This document shows, in pieces, positions 48,079 to 58,824 of a DNA stretch of 64,000 bases; within the stretch, counting starts at the first letter, position 1; each line of letters starts with the position of its first letter. A program made the translations under genes and the position numbers. The stretch covers positions 29,247-93,246 of IMG/VR virus record IMGVR_UViG_3300020045_020105; one strand, 5' to 3'. The stretch comes from a virus. Below the pieces are notes generated by a model. That model saw only the letters and a program-made list of their open reading frames with translations. It was not told the DNA's origin and searched no databases.

Positions 48079-48555
48079 ATGAAAATCAAAACACTATTAC
48101 CACATCGTTTCGGGAAGAATTTATTAACTCCAGTAGGAACTATTTCAATTGGAGAAAATGGGGAATTTGAACTTTCAACCGAAAAAGCAAGAGAATTGTT
48201 ACTTATCGATCCTATTAGTTATGTTGCAGTATCTGAAAAAACACCAGAAAAACCAAAAGTAGAAAAAACTAAGGTTATTGTAGGAGAAACTAAAGATGAA
48301 GAAACAGACGAAATAGAAGACGAAACTCCTGCTGCTTCTAACGAAGATTCAGAAGAAGAAACTACTAATGAAACTCCAGAACAAAAGAAAGCCAAAGAAG
48401 AAGCTCTAGAAATTCAAATGATTGAAGTACTTAAAAGCTCATCAATGGTAGACTTAAGAGGAATGTGCGAAAAAGCCAATCTTCCAAAAGATGAATGGCC
48501 TAAATTGTTGAAAGAACCACTTGTACTTTACGTTGCTCGCAACATTAAAGATTAA
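48079..48555 (+). CDS. hypothetical virion-module protein
   Basis: ORF track; acidic linker. Confidence 0.6.
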   Translation: MKIKTLLPHRFGKNLLTPVGTISIGENGEFELSTEKARELLLIDPISYVAVSEKTPEKPKVEKTKVIVGETKDEETDEIEDETPAASNEDSEEETTNETPEQKKAKEEALEIQMIEVLKSSSMVDLRGMCEKANLPKDEWPKLLKEPLVLYVARNIKD

Positions 48556-48557
48556 TT

Positions 48558-49355
48558 ATGCCATCATTTACCCTAAAATCATCATATTCTTCAACCCCCT
48601 ATCTAGTTATAGGGGTTGAAGAATTAATCAAAAAATATCTTCACGGTGTTACTGCTTTTGATGCCAATGGGGTAAATCTATTATCCAATACAGCAGTAAT
48701 CGAGTCCTTTATTGCTGCCGCCCAATTAGAAGTAGAAAATCGCTTAGGGATAAAACTTATTCCTCAAGAAATAGAGGAAACAAAAGATTTTAACAGAGAT
48801 GATTTTTCTCAGTGGGGGTATTTAAGGTTGACATATCCAGTTGTAGCTCCAATTTTCTTAAAAGGAAATTTAGGAAATCAACAAGTTATAGATTATCCAC
48901 TCCAATGGCTTCAATCAAAAAGAACATCAGATGGATTAAGCTATAGGAGAATTATTAACTTAGTACCTAATGGTGCTAGAGGAGTAGGAGTTCCTATTAC
49001 GACAAATTATGCAGGGTATTTTCCCTCATTAGGATTATTGGGGAATACGATTATCCCCAATTACTGGAATGCAAAATACAAAACTGGTTTCTCTAAAGTT
49101 CCAATGGATCTTGTCGAGTTTATCGGAAAATTAGCTTCAATTAATGTTTTCCATATCGCAGGAGATTTAATCTTAGGTGCCGGTATTGCTTCATCTTCTT
49201 TGGGAATAGATGGATTAAGCCAAAGTATAAGTACAACAAGTTCAGCTACAAACTCAGGTTACGGTGCTCGTATTTTAATGTATATTCAAGATATGAAATC
49301 ATCCTTACCTGTTTTAGAGGGAACTTATAAAGGAATTTTAATGACAGCTTGCTAA
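48558..49355 (+). CDS. head-tail adaptor/neck protein
   Basis: synteny; GAGIAS.SLGIDGLSQSI.TT.SA...GYGARI motif of Herelleviridae-type neck proteins. Confidence 0.75.
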   Translation: MPSFTLKSSYSSTPYLVIGVEELIKKYLHGVTAFDANGVNLLSNTAVIESFIAAAQLEVENRLGIKLIPQEIEETKDFNRDDFSQWGYLRLTYPVVAPIFLKGNLGNQQVIDYPLQWLQSKRTSDGLSYRRIINLVPNGARGVGVPITTNYAGYFPSLGLLGNTIIPNYWNAKYKTGFSKVPMDLVEFIGKLASINVFHIAGDLILGAGIASSSLGIDGLSQSISTTSSATNSGYGARILMYIQDMKSSLPVLEGTYKGILMTAC

Positions 49356-49358
49356 GCC

Positions 49359-50138
49359 ATGGATAGAAAAGTTGAATTACAATCTGCTCCAGTACTATCT
49401 AATAGTACTGTTCGACTGAGAAAACCAGATTTTGAAGAAGCAATCTGGCAAATGGGGGTTGACGTTCATCATGATATTTTAGCAAAATGTCCCTGTACCC
49501 CTAAAAATTCATCTGCTTCACTTACAACTTGTCAAAATTGCAAAGGATATGGTTGGGTGGTTTTAGAAAGAGTTAAAACAAAAATGATGCTCACAGGAAT
49601 GAATAGGGATACCAAATTCAAAGACTGGGGAGAAGAAAATATTGGAACTGTAAACGTATCAACTTTAAATAAAGACAGATTGGCTTATATGGATAGAATT
49701 ACTTTACTTAATGGGGAAGCTATCCATAAAGAATTAATTTATCCTAAAGCAATAGGAGCTGTCGGTGAAGAAGAGTGGTTTGATTTTACAGTATATCCTG
49801 CTTTAACAGTAAAACATATTGCCGTATTTATTTCGGGAACAACAAAACTGCGTAAATTAATAGAGGGAGAATATAATATGGGGGATGGGAAAATATCTTT
49901 TCCAGACCCATCTATTTTTCCTATTAATGTCGATCCATCTGTCTCAATAATATATACCTATAGGCCTGAGTTTTTAGTAATTGATTTAAGTCGAGATATA
50001 ATGAACTCAGGAAGTTTCAACTTAAATAAGGTTGAAGAAAAGGTAGACTTTCCAATTGCAGGAGTAGCAAGAAGAAGCCATTTTGTTTTAGATAAACTTA
50101 AATTTGACGGAACTGGAATATTAGATAACACTCAATAG
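49359..50138 (+). CDS. neck/head-closure protein
   Basis: CPC...C..C.G.G and DRITL motifs; synteny. Confidence 0.65.
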   Translation: MDRKVELQSAPVLSNSTVRLRKPDFEEAIWQMGVDVHHDILAKCPCTPKNSSASLTTCQNCKGYGWVVLERVKTKMMLTGMNRDTKFKDWGEENIGTVNVSTLNKDRLAYMDRITLLNGEAIHKELIYPKAIGAVGEEEWFDFTVYPALTVKHIAVFISGTTKLRKLIEGEYNMGDGKISFPDPSIFPINVDPSVSIIYTYRPEFLVIDLSRDIMNSGSFNLNKVEEKVDFPIAGVARRSHFVLDKLKFDGTGILDNTQ

Positions 50139-50140
50139 CT

Positions 50141-50944
50141 GTGGTAGAAAGTACTATATTTATCGATTTACAAGATGTAATTAATGAGTTCAACCTTCCA
50201 AAAGGAATGGCTATGGACATGATCGATAATGTTATCAAGGGAATTACTGCGAGATTTGCAAGAGAATGGGAGGATCAAGCAAAAAATAAACTAAAATCCT
50301 CAAGAGCTCAATACATTAAGAGTCTCTATATAGGTACTTCTGGGATGTTTGAAGGACACGTAGCTTTATTAGGTACCCTTCCAAATATGATTGAGCAAGG
50401 TGCTGATCCTTTTGATATGAAATTGGGGTTTGCTCAAAGCTCAAAACGTAAAGAGGGGAAAAACGGCTGGTATTTAACTATTCCTTTTAGGCATGGAACC
50501 CCAGGTATTTTAGGAGAGAGTGCAGGATTTTCAAATGTAATGCCAGCCGAAATTTACAAAGTAGCCAAAGGATTACAAGTAAGAAAGACTTACTTATTTG
50601 GTGCCTCAGGTCAAAGTGGTGAATCTTTAAAGAACTCTCAAATACCAGCAGCGTTAAATATCCCAGCAACTCGCCCTGAGATTATAACCAAAAATCAAAC
50701 TTTTGAGGCTTATGTTCATAAGAGTTCAATTTATCAGGGAATGCAGAGAAATGCAAAACAATATGGTGAAAGAGAAACAGGCCAATATATTACTTTTAGG
50801 AGAGTAAGTCAAAACTCTGATAGAAATGCTTTTATCCACAAAGGGATCAAGGCATTTAATTTTGCAGAAGCTGCTCTTAGAAATATAGATATCCCTTACG
50901 AAACAGATATTTTAGTAGATAATTACTTAGATCAAAATTTATAA
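50141..50944 (+). CDS. neck/tail completion protein
   Basis: FDMK.GF, WYLTIPFR, Y.TFRRVS..S....FIH.G; synteny. Confidence 0.65.
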   Translation: MVESTIFIDLQDVINEFNLPKGMAMDMIDNVIKGITARFAREWEDQAKNKLKSSRAQYIKSLYIGTSGMFEGHVALLGTLPNMIEQGADPFDMKLGFAQSSKRKEGKNGWYLTIPFRHGTPGILGESAGFSNVMPAEIYKVAKGLQVRKTYLFGASGQSGESLKNSQIPAALNIPATRPEIITKNQTFEAYVHKSSIYQGMQRNAKQYGERETGQYITFRRVSQNSDRNAFIHKGIKAFNFAEAALRNIDIPYETDILVDNYLDQNL

Positions 50945-50946
50945 TC

Positions 50947-51639
50947 ATGGCAGATCCACTACCAATTTTATCTGGGGAGTTAAAAGGAAATTTAGTTTCT
51001 CCAGACTTAGTTTTACATAGTTTCTTTGAGGAAGCCTTAGTAAATATTGCTGCCGATTTTAATAAACCAATAACAAGCAGTGTATTTTACTATATACTTA
51101 ATTTAATTGCATACAAGAGATTTAATTATTATGAACAAGCAAAAAATCTCTTTACCAAATTAAACGGAGATCCAGATAAAATTGAAATCAGACGATTTTA
51201 CGATTTTAGTAGGGCTACAGTTCCAACTATTCATATTTTGGCTCCAACAGAAACAGAAGCTCAAAAGGATGGGATTGGTTTAGGTGAAGGATACGAAACT
51301 CCACAAATGGATGAAACTGGTATTGTTTATTCTTTTATAACCAAAACCTACAATAGTCAATTTACAATTGTCATTAGTTCAGGTTCATCAGAAGCAACGA
51401 TTTTACTTATCTTAGTACTTAAACTCTATATGATTTCAGCACTTGAAAAATTATCTGAGTTAGGTTTCTTAGACCCAACTATCCAAATTATGGATATAGT
51501 TCCAACTCAAGATATGATTCCTGCAGTATTTCAGAGATCAATAGAATTCTCGTTTTGGTATGAAATTTCTATGCCAAATATATTTACTTTTGAATACCAA
51601 GATATCTTTATTGATAAGGGAATACCCAAAATAGAATAA
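50947..51639 (+). CDS. tail terminator-like protein
   Basis: synteny upstream of the sheath. Confidence 0.5.
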   Translation: MADPLPILSGELKGNLVSPDLVLHSFFEEALVNIAADFNKPITSSVFYYILNLIAYKRFNYYEQAKNLFTKLNGDPDKIEIRRFYDFSRATVPTIHILAPTETEAQKDGIGLGEGYETPQMDETGIVYSFITKTYNSQFTIVISSGSSEATILLILVLKLYMISALEKLSELGFLDPTIQIMDIVPTQDMIPAVFQRSIEFSFWYEISMPNIFTFEYQDIFIDKGIPKIE

Positions 51640-51657
51640 AAAGATTTCAAGAATCTC

Positions 51658-51688
51658 TTTGAGAATTTTAGGATTTTTTATAAATTTA
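51658..51688 (+). promoter_or_regulatory. class II promoter
   Basis: TTTGAGAATTTTAGGATTTTTTATAAATTTA, preceded by the dyad AGATTTCAAGAATCT. Confidence 0.75.
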
Positions 51689-51704
51689 TAAAATAAATAA
51701 CGTT

Positions 51705-51878
51705 ATGGCACCCATAAAAGAAAATTTAGGAGATACTATCACAAAATTAACAGTTACCGAGTGGGCAGCTGTTGAGGGAAATATCTCAAAAAGGTTAGTA
51801 TATCACCTTGAAAAGAAATACGCAGGAGAATCTAACTCCCAGAAAGATTGGAATAAAAAACTTAAAATACAATCATAA
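51705..51878 (+). CDS. small hypothetical protein (57 aa, not in ORF track)
   Basis: TAATG overlap with the sheath start. Confidence 0.6.
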   Translation: MAPIKENLGDTITKLTVTEWAAVEGNISKRLVYHLEKKYAGESNSQKDWNKKLKIQS

Positions 51879-53512
51879 TGGCTACAAAACAAATCTTCAA
51901 TGGAAAAAAGATTTTTGAACCTGGTATTTACAATTCTACCAAATCAGGTGCAAATAATCCTCCTCTAGAACTTTCTTACGGAAACGTCTTAATTATAGAC
52001 GACGGAGCAGGTGCAGGATGGGGGAGCGGTGGAAGCATTCAGGGTGAATTAACGAACAATGATCTTGCTATTCAGATGTTCTCAACAATGAAAGAAATGA
52101 AAGAAGCTGTAAAAGGCGGTATTTTGTGGAAACTTGCAGAGAAATTATTTCAACCAGATGGATTTGCTATTCAGGGAGTTAGCAAGGTCATATATGTAAG
52201 AGCTGCTTCTACTGTAGGAGCTACTATTACTATGACTCCAACAGGAGGTGGTGCTGCCGGAGGTAGCATTGTTTTTAAAGCAAAAAACGAAGGACTTGTA
52301 GGAAATGCAGTCCATACTACCCCAGCAACTGGTTTAAATCAGGGATACGGTGCAAAATGGAGGACAGTAGGAGCTAAGTTTGTAATTGATATTTTTATCG
52401 GTACATTCAAAGGAACAGATGCTGTAAACGGTATTCCTTGGGATGCTGCAATTGAAGTATCTCAACCTCAGTTGCTTCTCACAACTACTCCTTTCGATAC
52501 ACTTGCAGAACTTAAAACATTTTGCGATACAAACGCAGTTTTCAAATCTCTGTTTAAATCGACAATTACCCCAACAGGAACCGGAGCTGTAAATGCTGCC
52601 GATGCTTTAACCTATGCTCCTTTTACCTATGCACTAGGTGGAACTGAAAGTTATGCTGCTGCAAATGCTTTTGAAGATGTACTTGATTATATCGGAGAAC
52701 TTGATTATTCTTTTGCGCTTTGTTTAAAAACAGGTGCTGCTGCTTATCAAGATGCAAATTTGGATGCTCTTATCTATCACTTTATTAACGAAGCTACCGA
52801 TAAAAAGGCAGTTTTTGTAGGTGGTGGAGACGATTCAGCTTCTTTTGCTAACTCAATTTCACTTGCTGCAGATTTAAATACCGAAAGAGCTATTGTAGTT
52901 CATGGTGGTTATAAGCTTTTCACTAATCAAGGTGAAAATTTATATAGCTCACTATTTAAAACAGCTGCCGTATTAGGACGTATTTGTGGATTGGAACCAC
53001 AGGTTCCAGGTACATTTAAATCTATCAAATTTGATGCCGATCGCCATACTTTAACAGCAGCTGAAAGAGAATCTGCTCTGGATGGTGGTGTTTTACATAC
53101 CAAATTTGACGCTCAATTTGGTGGATTTATCATCAATCAATCAATCAATACTTTGCAGGTAAATGACTTTACAATTGGCGATACCGGTACTTCTTTTGAA
53201 ATTTCTGTTGAAAGGATTGATGCTCAACTAAATAAAGAAATTCGATTCAATGCTAAAACCAAATTATTTGGTCAACCTCAAGGAGTAAATAGAAATACTT
53301 TATCTGCACAAGATGTAAAGGTTTGGTTAGAAGGTTTCCTTCAGACCAAAGTATCTTCAGATACAGACGACAATTTACTTATTAAACCTGGATATGAAAA
53401 TGTTGTGGTAGAAACTCAGCAAGATGGTTATCACATCAATTTTGCTTACTATCCAAATTTCCCAGTGAATAAGTTGTTCTTTACTGGTTTTATTTCAGAT
53501 TCAACCCTTTAA
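51878..53512 (+). CDS. tail sheath protein
   Basis: EPGIY N-terminus, GRICGL....P.TFK, NQ.INTL, EISV.RI; followed by the tube gene. Confidence 0.9.
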   Translation: MATKQIFNGKKIFEPGIYNSTKSGANNPPLELSYGNVLIIDDGAGAGWGSGGSIQGELTNNDLAIQMFSTMKEMKEAVKGGILWKLAEKLFQPDGFAIQGVSKVIYVRAASTVGATITMTPTGGGAAGGSIVFKAKNEGLVGNAVHTTPATGLNQGYGAKWRTVGAKFVIDIFIGTFKGTDAVNGIPWDAAIEVSQPQLLLTTTPFDTLAELKTFCDTNAVFKSLFKSTITPTGTGAVNAADALTYAPFTYALGGTESYAAANAFEDVLDYIGELDYSFALCLKTGAAAYQDANLDALIYHFINEATDKKAVFVGGGDDSASFANSISLAADLNTERAIVVHGGYKLFTNQGENLYSSLFKTAAVLGRICGLEPQVPGTFKSIKFDADRHTLTAAERESALDGGVLHTKFDAQFGGFIINQSINTLQVNDFTIGDTGTSFEISVERIDAQLNKEIRFNAKTKLFGQPQGVNRNTLSAQDVKVWLEGFLQTKVSSDTDDNLLIKPGYENVVVETQQDGYHINFAYYPNFPVNKLFFTGFISDSTL

Positions 53513-53524
53513 TAAGTTTAAATC

Positions 53525-53992
53525 ATGGCTAGCCCAAAAGTAATAACAGCACCTCTTGCCGTAATTAAGGTAAATGGGGTTGCAATAGGAAAAATGAAAG
53601 ACATTCGAGTACAAGAATCCTTTCAGAGAGGCAGAGTACAGGGAATCGGAAGAATAAATGCTTCTGATAAACCTATCACAGGTTGGGACGGTACTCTTAG
53701 CTGTAGCTTCTACAATGTAAACTTGAAAGAATCATCTTTGCCAGGTGCATTAAATCGTTCTTTCAACACTCTACAGGACTTTGTAGATAATCTTCTGTTA
53801 AACGAAGATGGTGTACAAGTTGTTCTTTATAAAAAAGTAAAAGGCCCAAATGGAGTTGGTTCTGCACTCGAGGTCGTTGCAACAGTAAACAAACTTTTAA
53901 TTGAATCCGATGCTTTCGATTTATCTGAGGGAGCAACAAGTGGAAAAAATCAGTCGTTTAGCTATTTAGACCCCATAATTGAACCAGTATAG
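53525..53992 (+). CDS. tail tube protein
   Basis: 155 aa after the sheath; IG.M......E......V.GIG, FSYL.P end. Confidence 0.85.
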   Translation: MASPKVITAPLAVIKVNGVAIGKMKDIRVQESFQRGRVQGIGRINASDKPITGWDGTLSCSFYNVNLKESSLPGALNRSFNTLQDFVDNLLLNEDGVQVVLYKKVKGPNGVGSALEVVATVNKLLIESDAFDLSEGATSGKNQSFSYLDPIIEPV

Positions 53993-54015
53993 TTGTCTGT
54001 TTTAAAATCAAAAAC

Positions 54016-54044
54016 AAAAATGGGAGTTAATAGCTCCCATTTTT
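54016..54044 (+). terminator. intrinsic terminator
   Basis: AAAAATGGGAGTT-AAT-AGCTCCCATTTTT. Confidence 0.85.
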
Positions 54045-54058
54045 AAAACTTAAAGTGA

Positions 54059-54478
54059 ATGGATTTACAGAAGACATTAGAAGTAGAAATTCAAGGAGTA
54101 AAATTTACCTTAACATTCCCCAATTGGGGAGAAATTATCGATATCGAAACCAAAAAAGCAAGTTTAGCCAACAATATGTATTCTGCTTTAAGTAGAGCAA
54201 ATACTTTGGTCGGAAATTATGCTTTAGATTATATCGATGCTGTTGCTACATTTTCAATCTTAATTCCTGATTTAATAAAGAAAATGAGAATAGACTCATT
54301 ACTATTACTTAAAATGGATGAAGGAGTTGAATTAATTACTGTTTACAAAGAATCATTTTTCCCTTGGTATATGGAATGGGTTACCTTATCCTTTGATAAA
54401 ACTAAAGAATATAAGGAAAAAGTATTAACCCCTCAACCAGTTGAGAAAGACGACGAAAATGACGATGGAGAAGAATAA
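54059..54478 (+). CDS. tail assembly chaperone
   Basis: position between tube and tape measure. Confidence 0.65.
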   Translation: MDLQKTLEVEIQGVKFTLTFPNWGEIIDIETKKASLANNMYSALSRANTLVGNYALDYIDAVATFSILIPDLIKKMRIDSLLLLKMDEGVELITVYKESFFPWYMEWVTLSFDKTKEYKEKVLTPQPVEKDDENDDGEE

Positions 54479-54782
54479 TGAGGATTTAGGGTTAAGGGCA
54501 TTTGTTATTTCTTGGAATAATAAATTCCCTTTTGATTTTTATATGAGAACTAGACTACAAATAAAGTTTAATTCTAAAAAACATAGAAAGATGAACCTGA
54601 TTGATTCTTTAATTCAAATGGAAGAAGAGATAATTACAGTTGAATTGAGAAGAGAAAGTGAACAAAGAGCAAAGAGAGCTATCAAATATATGAAAACAGG
54701 TATTTGGCTTGAACAAGAAAAAGAAGAGTCTCTCAAAGTAACCGATGAAGAATTTGATAATTTAGATATTTCTAAACTATAA
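54465..54782 (+). CDS. second tail assembly chaperone ORF
   Basis: overlaps the previous ORF in the +1 frame; precedes the tape measure. Confidence 0.55.
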   Translation: MEKNNEDLGLRAFVISWNNKFPFDFYMRTRLQIKFNSKKHRKMNLIDSLIQMEEEIITVELRRESEQRAKRAIKYMKTGIWLEQEKEESLKVTDEEFDNLDISKL

Positions 54783-54787
54783 TAATT

Positions 54788-56644
54788 ATGCCAGAAACAA
54801 TAATATCGTTTAGAGGAGTAGATGCAGGGGTTTCTGATATTATGCAGAAACTAAGACAAGACTCTTTAGAGTACGGAAGAGAAATGGTTTCTGAGGCACA
54901 GAGCAGAGCTCAATCCAGTAAAGAAGTTATAGATTATCTTAATAAAGAAATAAGTGCTCTTGAAAGAAAAAACCAACTCAATAAAGAAATACGTGAAGCA
55001 GATTTAAAAGCTCAGAGGCGAGAGGAACTAGGAGGAGTAAGAGGAGATTTAGATGCTCAAAAAGAGATAAAATCTGGTTACGAAGATAAATTTCAACAAT
55101 TAAACGAAGAATCAAACCTTGAAGCTCTTCAAGTAAAATTACTCAGGGAATTAATTGATGTAATTAAGGAAGACCCTACAAGATATTCTCCAACTGCAGC
55201 AGGAACTGCTATAGACGAAAATGGAAACCCTATTTTAATCCCTGCAGGAGGAGGTGGAGCTGGCGGCGGTGGAAGGAATGGGAGAGGACGAGCTGGAGGT
55301 GCCGGTGCTGACGGCAAACAAGATCAAGAAACCAAACCTAGAGAAGGTGAAAGTATGATCTCTATGTTTGGTAAAACATTGGGATTTGCTGCTGTAGTTG
55401 CTATTTTAGGAAGTACTATAAAAGCACTTGATTCCATTACTTCTTCAAGTAGAAATTCATCAGAAGCTGAAGCCAAATTATGGGGGATGATACCTATATT
55501 TGGTGGTGGAATGGAAGCAAGACAATTGCGCCATCTTCAAGAATGGGAAGCTCAGGGAGTAGGGGCCGGTGCTTTAAGAGGAGTAACAGGACGTTCTGCT
55601 ATTGGAGGAGGTTCTCCATTTGGGTTAGCCGAATCAGAAATGACTCCTATAGGTGCTCAAATCGCAAGATCAAGAGGTTTTACAGGTAATATCGCTGCAG
55701 AAACCCAATTAATGGTTGGAGCCGGCAAAGCATATGGGATTGATCAGAGTGCTATGATGGGAATTATGGCAACAGGTGGTATAGGTGTAGGAGGATTTGC
55801 AAAGGCTTTAGCTGAATTTACAAGAGGACTTGAAAAAGAAGGTGGAGATAGAGCAAGAGCAGGTTTAGGAGTTTCTCAAATGGGAACAATTGCTCAAGTT
55901 TTATCACAAAGCATAAATCAAATTACTCCTGAATTATTAGCTCAAATTGTCTCTACCTTTCAAGGGGTAGGTGGGCCTTGGGGAGATGTTCGGGGAGCAG
56001 GATTAATTTCTGGTTTACACGGAGGACTTCAGGGAGGAGCAAACGAGTTTCAGAAAGCTATGGAGTATCGGGTTTTAAGTAAATTGAATCCAGGAGCAAG
56101 TTGGAATACAATAGCTGATTTAAGAGAAGGTGGAATTTCTACTCCAGGATATTTAGAGGGTATGTTTAATCAATTTAGGGAAACTGGTGGGGATCAACAG
56201 GGACTAGAACAAGCTAAAACTTTTTTCGAAGGTAAAATATCTAGAAATCAAATGAATACCTTATGGGCAGCTTTTAAGAAGAATCCTAACTTATTTAAGG
56301 GAATAGGCGCTAAAGGGATGTCTGAAGGAGATCGAATGGATCAACTTAATAAGATCATGGGGATGGGTGCAGAAAATGTGCCAAGTACCATGAAGGAAGC
56401 TGCAGAAGTTAAGAATGCTTTTGCAGTTAGCGGAGAAGCAGGACAGGCTCTAATTACTGCCAAAATTCGTGAAGATATGAAGGCAGGAGTTGCAGAATGG
56501 GTTGACAATATGAAGGCCCTCAACAAAACAACCAATGAGCTTGTAGATTCCTTAGTAAAAAATGGTAGTTATTTAGAAGCTGCTATGTTTAAAATAGATC
56601 AGGTTGTTCATTTAGGATTACCTCATGTACCTTTTATGCCTTAA
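54788..56644 (+). CDS. tape measure protein
   Basis: helical, Gly/Ala-rich, follows the chaperones. Confidence 0.7.
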   Translation: MPETIISFRGVDAGVSDIMQKLRQDSLEYGREMVSEAQSRAQSSKEVIDYLNKEISALERKNQLNKEIREADLKAQRREELGGVRGDLDAQKEIKSGYEDKFQQLNEESNLEALQVKLLRELIDVIKEDPTRYSPTAAGTAIDENGNPILIPAGGGGAGGGGRNGRGRAGGAGADGKQDQETKPREGESMISMFGKTLGFAAVVAILGSTIKALDSITSSSRNSSEAEAKLWGMIPIFGGGMEARQLRHLQEWEAQGVGAGALRGVTGRSAIGGGSPFGLAESEMTPIGAQIARSRGFTGNIAAETQLMVGAGKAYGIDQSAMMGIMATGGIGVGGFAKALAEFTRGLEKEGGDRARAGLGVSQMGTIAQVLSQSINQITPELLAQIVSTFQGVGGPWGDVRGAGLISGLHGGLQGGANEFQKAMEYRVLSKLNPGASWNTIADLREGGISTPGYLEGMFNQFRETGGDQQGLEQAKTFFEGKISRNQMNTLWAAFKKNPNLFKGIGAKGMSEGDRMDQLNKIMGMGAENVPSTMKEAAEVKNAFAVSGEAGQALITAKIREDMKAGVAEWVDNMKALNKTTNELVDSLVKNGSYLEAAMFKIDQVVHLGLPHVPFMP

Positions 56645-56646
56645 AA

Positions 56647-58824
56647 ATGAGTAACTATCTTCCATTTCCAATATCAACTAAGACAACCTTAAAGAACTTT
56701 GTTACAAATCCACTCTCCATCGTAAATGGGTGGGTTGTACAAGGAATTAGTATTTACTCAGATATTTTAGAAATCTCACTTAATGGGATTTCTAATTTTG
56801 ATCGTATTTGGGCAGCCTATATTGAGGAGAGAGAGGAATTTGCGTCTTATATTCCTTATAATGTTACAAATGATAATGAGAATTTAATTATTTTACAAGG
56901 TACCATTCTTTATCTTCCTAAAGATCAATTAAATAAAGCAATCTCTTTAATCTCAGGGAGCAACCAAGTTATTATACAACCCGCCAGGACCTATTATTTA
57001 TCAAGTGTCCTTGAGGGATTAATGAAGAACACAAAATATGTACCTAAATTTTTAAATACTAAAGACAAGTTAAAATTCGATTATCCTCAAATATCTGTTT
57101 ATTTATGGTCTAAAACATTATGGAAAGGTGCAGGATTGGTAAATAGTCTTGTTAATCTTACTCCTTTTATATCTCAATTAAGTACAACTAAGGGACTAAA
57201 CTCAGGGGGATGGCAAGTTAACTTAGCTCCTATTGAAGGAAAATTTATTGAGGGAGTTTGGCAAATAGATAAAAATAGGGTAAATTTAGAAGGATCCTCT
57301 TATATTGCAAGTTCAGAAATGAATAGCGATTCTAAGGAATCACTATACTTCCCAAATATTATTTCTGAAAATGATCTTATCTTTATTAGCTATGAACCAT
57401 TACAAATAGAAGAGATATTTGAAAAAACCAGATATGATATGTTTAACCCTATTTGGGTCGATAATATCGCAAAGGGTTACTATGATATGATAGGAATGGT
57501 AGGAAGTTGTGAGATAAATAGGGGATATGCAAATGCAGATATTCAAATCTCTGTTAGAGGTAAAGACCTCACAAAATTACTTTCGGATGATTCTATTTAC
57601 TTTTACCCAGAAAGCTTTATTCAAACAGGATTATTTGCAAATGGATTAGATTCACACGGATTAGCAAGAATAGAGAATCGTTTAATTGGGTTTATCTCAG
57701 ATTATTATAAAACAATCGACGTCTCTATAAAATTTATAATTAATGCACTCTCATCAATGGAGGTGTGTCCAGATGAATTATTTTCAAGCTACGCAAGTAG
57801 TGGTGAAAACGGAGCAGATGAAAGAAGCACTCACTTTAATATTTTACCAGGGGATAAAGACACAGTTCAATCTAAGGGAATTTGGCAGATTGTAAAATTT
57901 ATAATGGATGAAACTATTAAAGATAGACATATTATAGATTCTTCAATAGGAAATCAAAATGGAAGTATCTTGAATCATTTGAGTAAATTGATTCAAGAAC
58001 CTTTTATTGAGATGATTACAGATACTTATAAAAATCAATTTTTCATAACTGTAAGACCAAAACCATTTAATAAGGATGCTTTTTTATCTCTAGCTAAATT
58101 TGGAGAAGAGCATTTTACCATATCAAAAGATCTAGTCTACTCAGACTTTTTAACTTTTAATGAAGATGATATTTATTCTTGGTATAGATTAGAGCCAACA
58201 GGACTTATTGCAGGAGCAGGTTCTACTGTTGCTTGGGCTTACTTAAAAGCTGTGAGATTCGATCATTATACTAAGATCTGGGGGGAAAGACCTTTGGAAA
58301 TAAGCTCAAATTATTTTAGATTTGATTCAGAAGAGTCTACCGATTTACAAACAAATAAATTTATAGAACAAGCTCTATATGATCTCCAATTTCTAGTAGA
58401 TATTTATCAATACTCTCCATTCACAAGAAAAGGAACACTCAATATCGTTGGAGATAGAAGGTACAAGGTGGGAACTATTGTTTATTACGAAAAAACAGAT
58501 GAATATTTCTATATCGAAGGAGTGAATCAAAGGTACATTAAAGGAAGAGATACTATCGACAGAGTTACTACTTTAACAGTATCTCATGGAATGGTAAAAT
58601 CTTACATCAACAAATACTTTGAAATTATAGATACGTCTCTAAAAGAAGAAGATTTTAGAAGGGTAAAGCAAGAAGGAAATTTTGATTGGGTTGTAAAATT
58701 ACTAAGTACTTGGAGGGTAAACGAAGATGTTTTTAATTTCTTTTTAAAAAGATTACAATTTAGAAATAAACCTCAACCAACTATAGAAATAGGTCCCTTA
58801 ACGACAAATGCAATTACTATATGA
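56647..58824 (+). CDS. baseplate hub-like protein
   Basis: ISVRGKDLTKLL, G.LNI.GDRRYKVG...FYIEGV.Q......TTLTVSHG (gp27/gp44-like). Confidence 0.7.
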   Translation: MSNYLPFPISTKTTLKNFVTNPLSIVNGWVVQGISIYSDILEISLNGISNFDRIWAAYIEEREEFASYIPYNVTNDNENLIILQGTILYLPKDQLNKAISLISGSNQVIIQPARTYYLSSVLEGLMKNTKYVPKFLNTKDKLKFDYPQISVYLWSKTLWKGAGLVNSLVNLTPFISQLSTTKGLNSGGWQVNLAPIEGKFIEGVWQIDKNRVNLEGSSYIASSEMNSDSKESLYFPNIISENDLIFISYEPLQIEEIFEKTRYDMFNPIWVDNIAKGYYDMIGMVGSCEINRGYANADIQISVRGKDLTKLLSDDSIYFYPESFIQTGLFANGLDSHGLARIENRLIGFISDYYKTIDVSIKFIINALSSMEVCPDELFSSYASSGENGADERSTHFNILPGDKDTVQSKGIWQIVKFIMDETIKDRHIIDSSIGNQNGSILNHLSKLIQEPFIEMITDTYKNQFFITVRPKPFNKDAFLSLAKFGEEHFTISKDLVYSDFLTFNEDDIYSWYRLEPTGLIAGAGSTVAWAYLKAVRFDHYTKIWGERPLEISSNYFRFDSEESTDLQTNKFIEQALYDLQFLVDIYQYSPFTRKGTLNIVGDRRYKVGTIVYYEKTDEYFYIEGVNQRYIKGRDTIDRVTTLTVSHGMVKSYINKYFEIIDTSLKEEDFRRVKQEGNFDWVVKLLSTWRVNEDVFNFFLKRLQFRNKPQPTIEIGPLTTNAITI

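Noticed and set aside
50832-50840. perfect DnaA box TTATCCACA
   Set aside because: single copy inside a coding region; expected by chance
54420-54478. programmed frameshift between the tail chaperone ORFs
   Set aside because: ORF2 is in the +1 frame with its own ATG (54465), and there is no convincing slippery site after its upstream stop at 54426; it cannot be excluded
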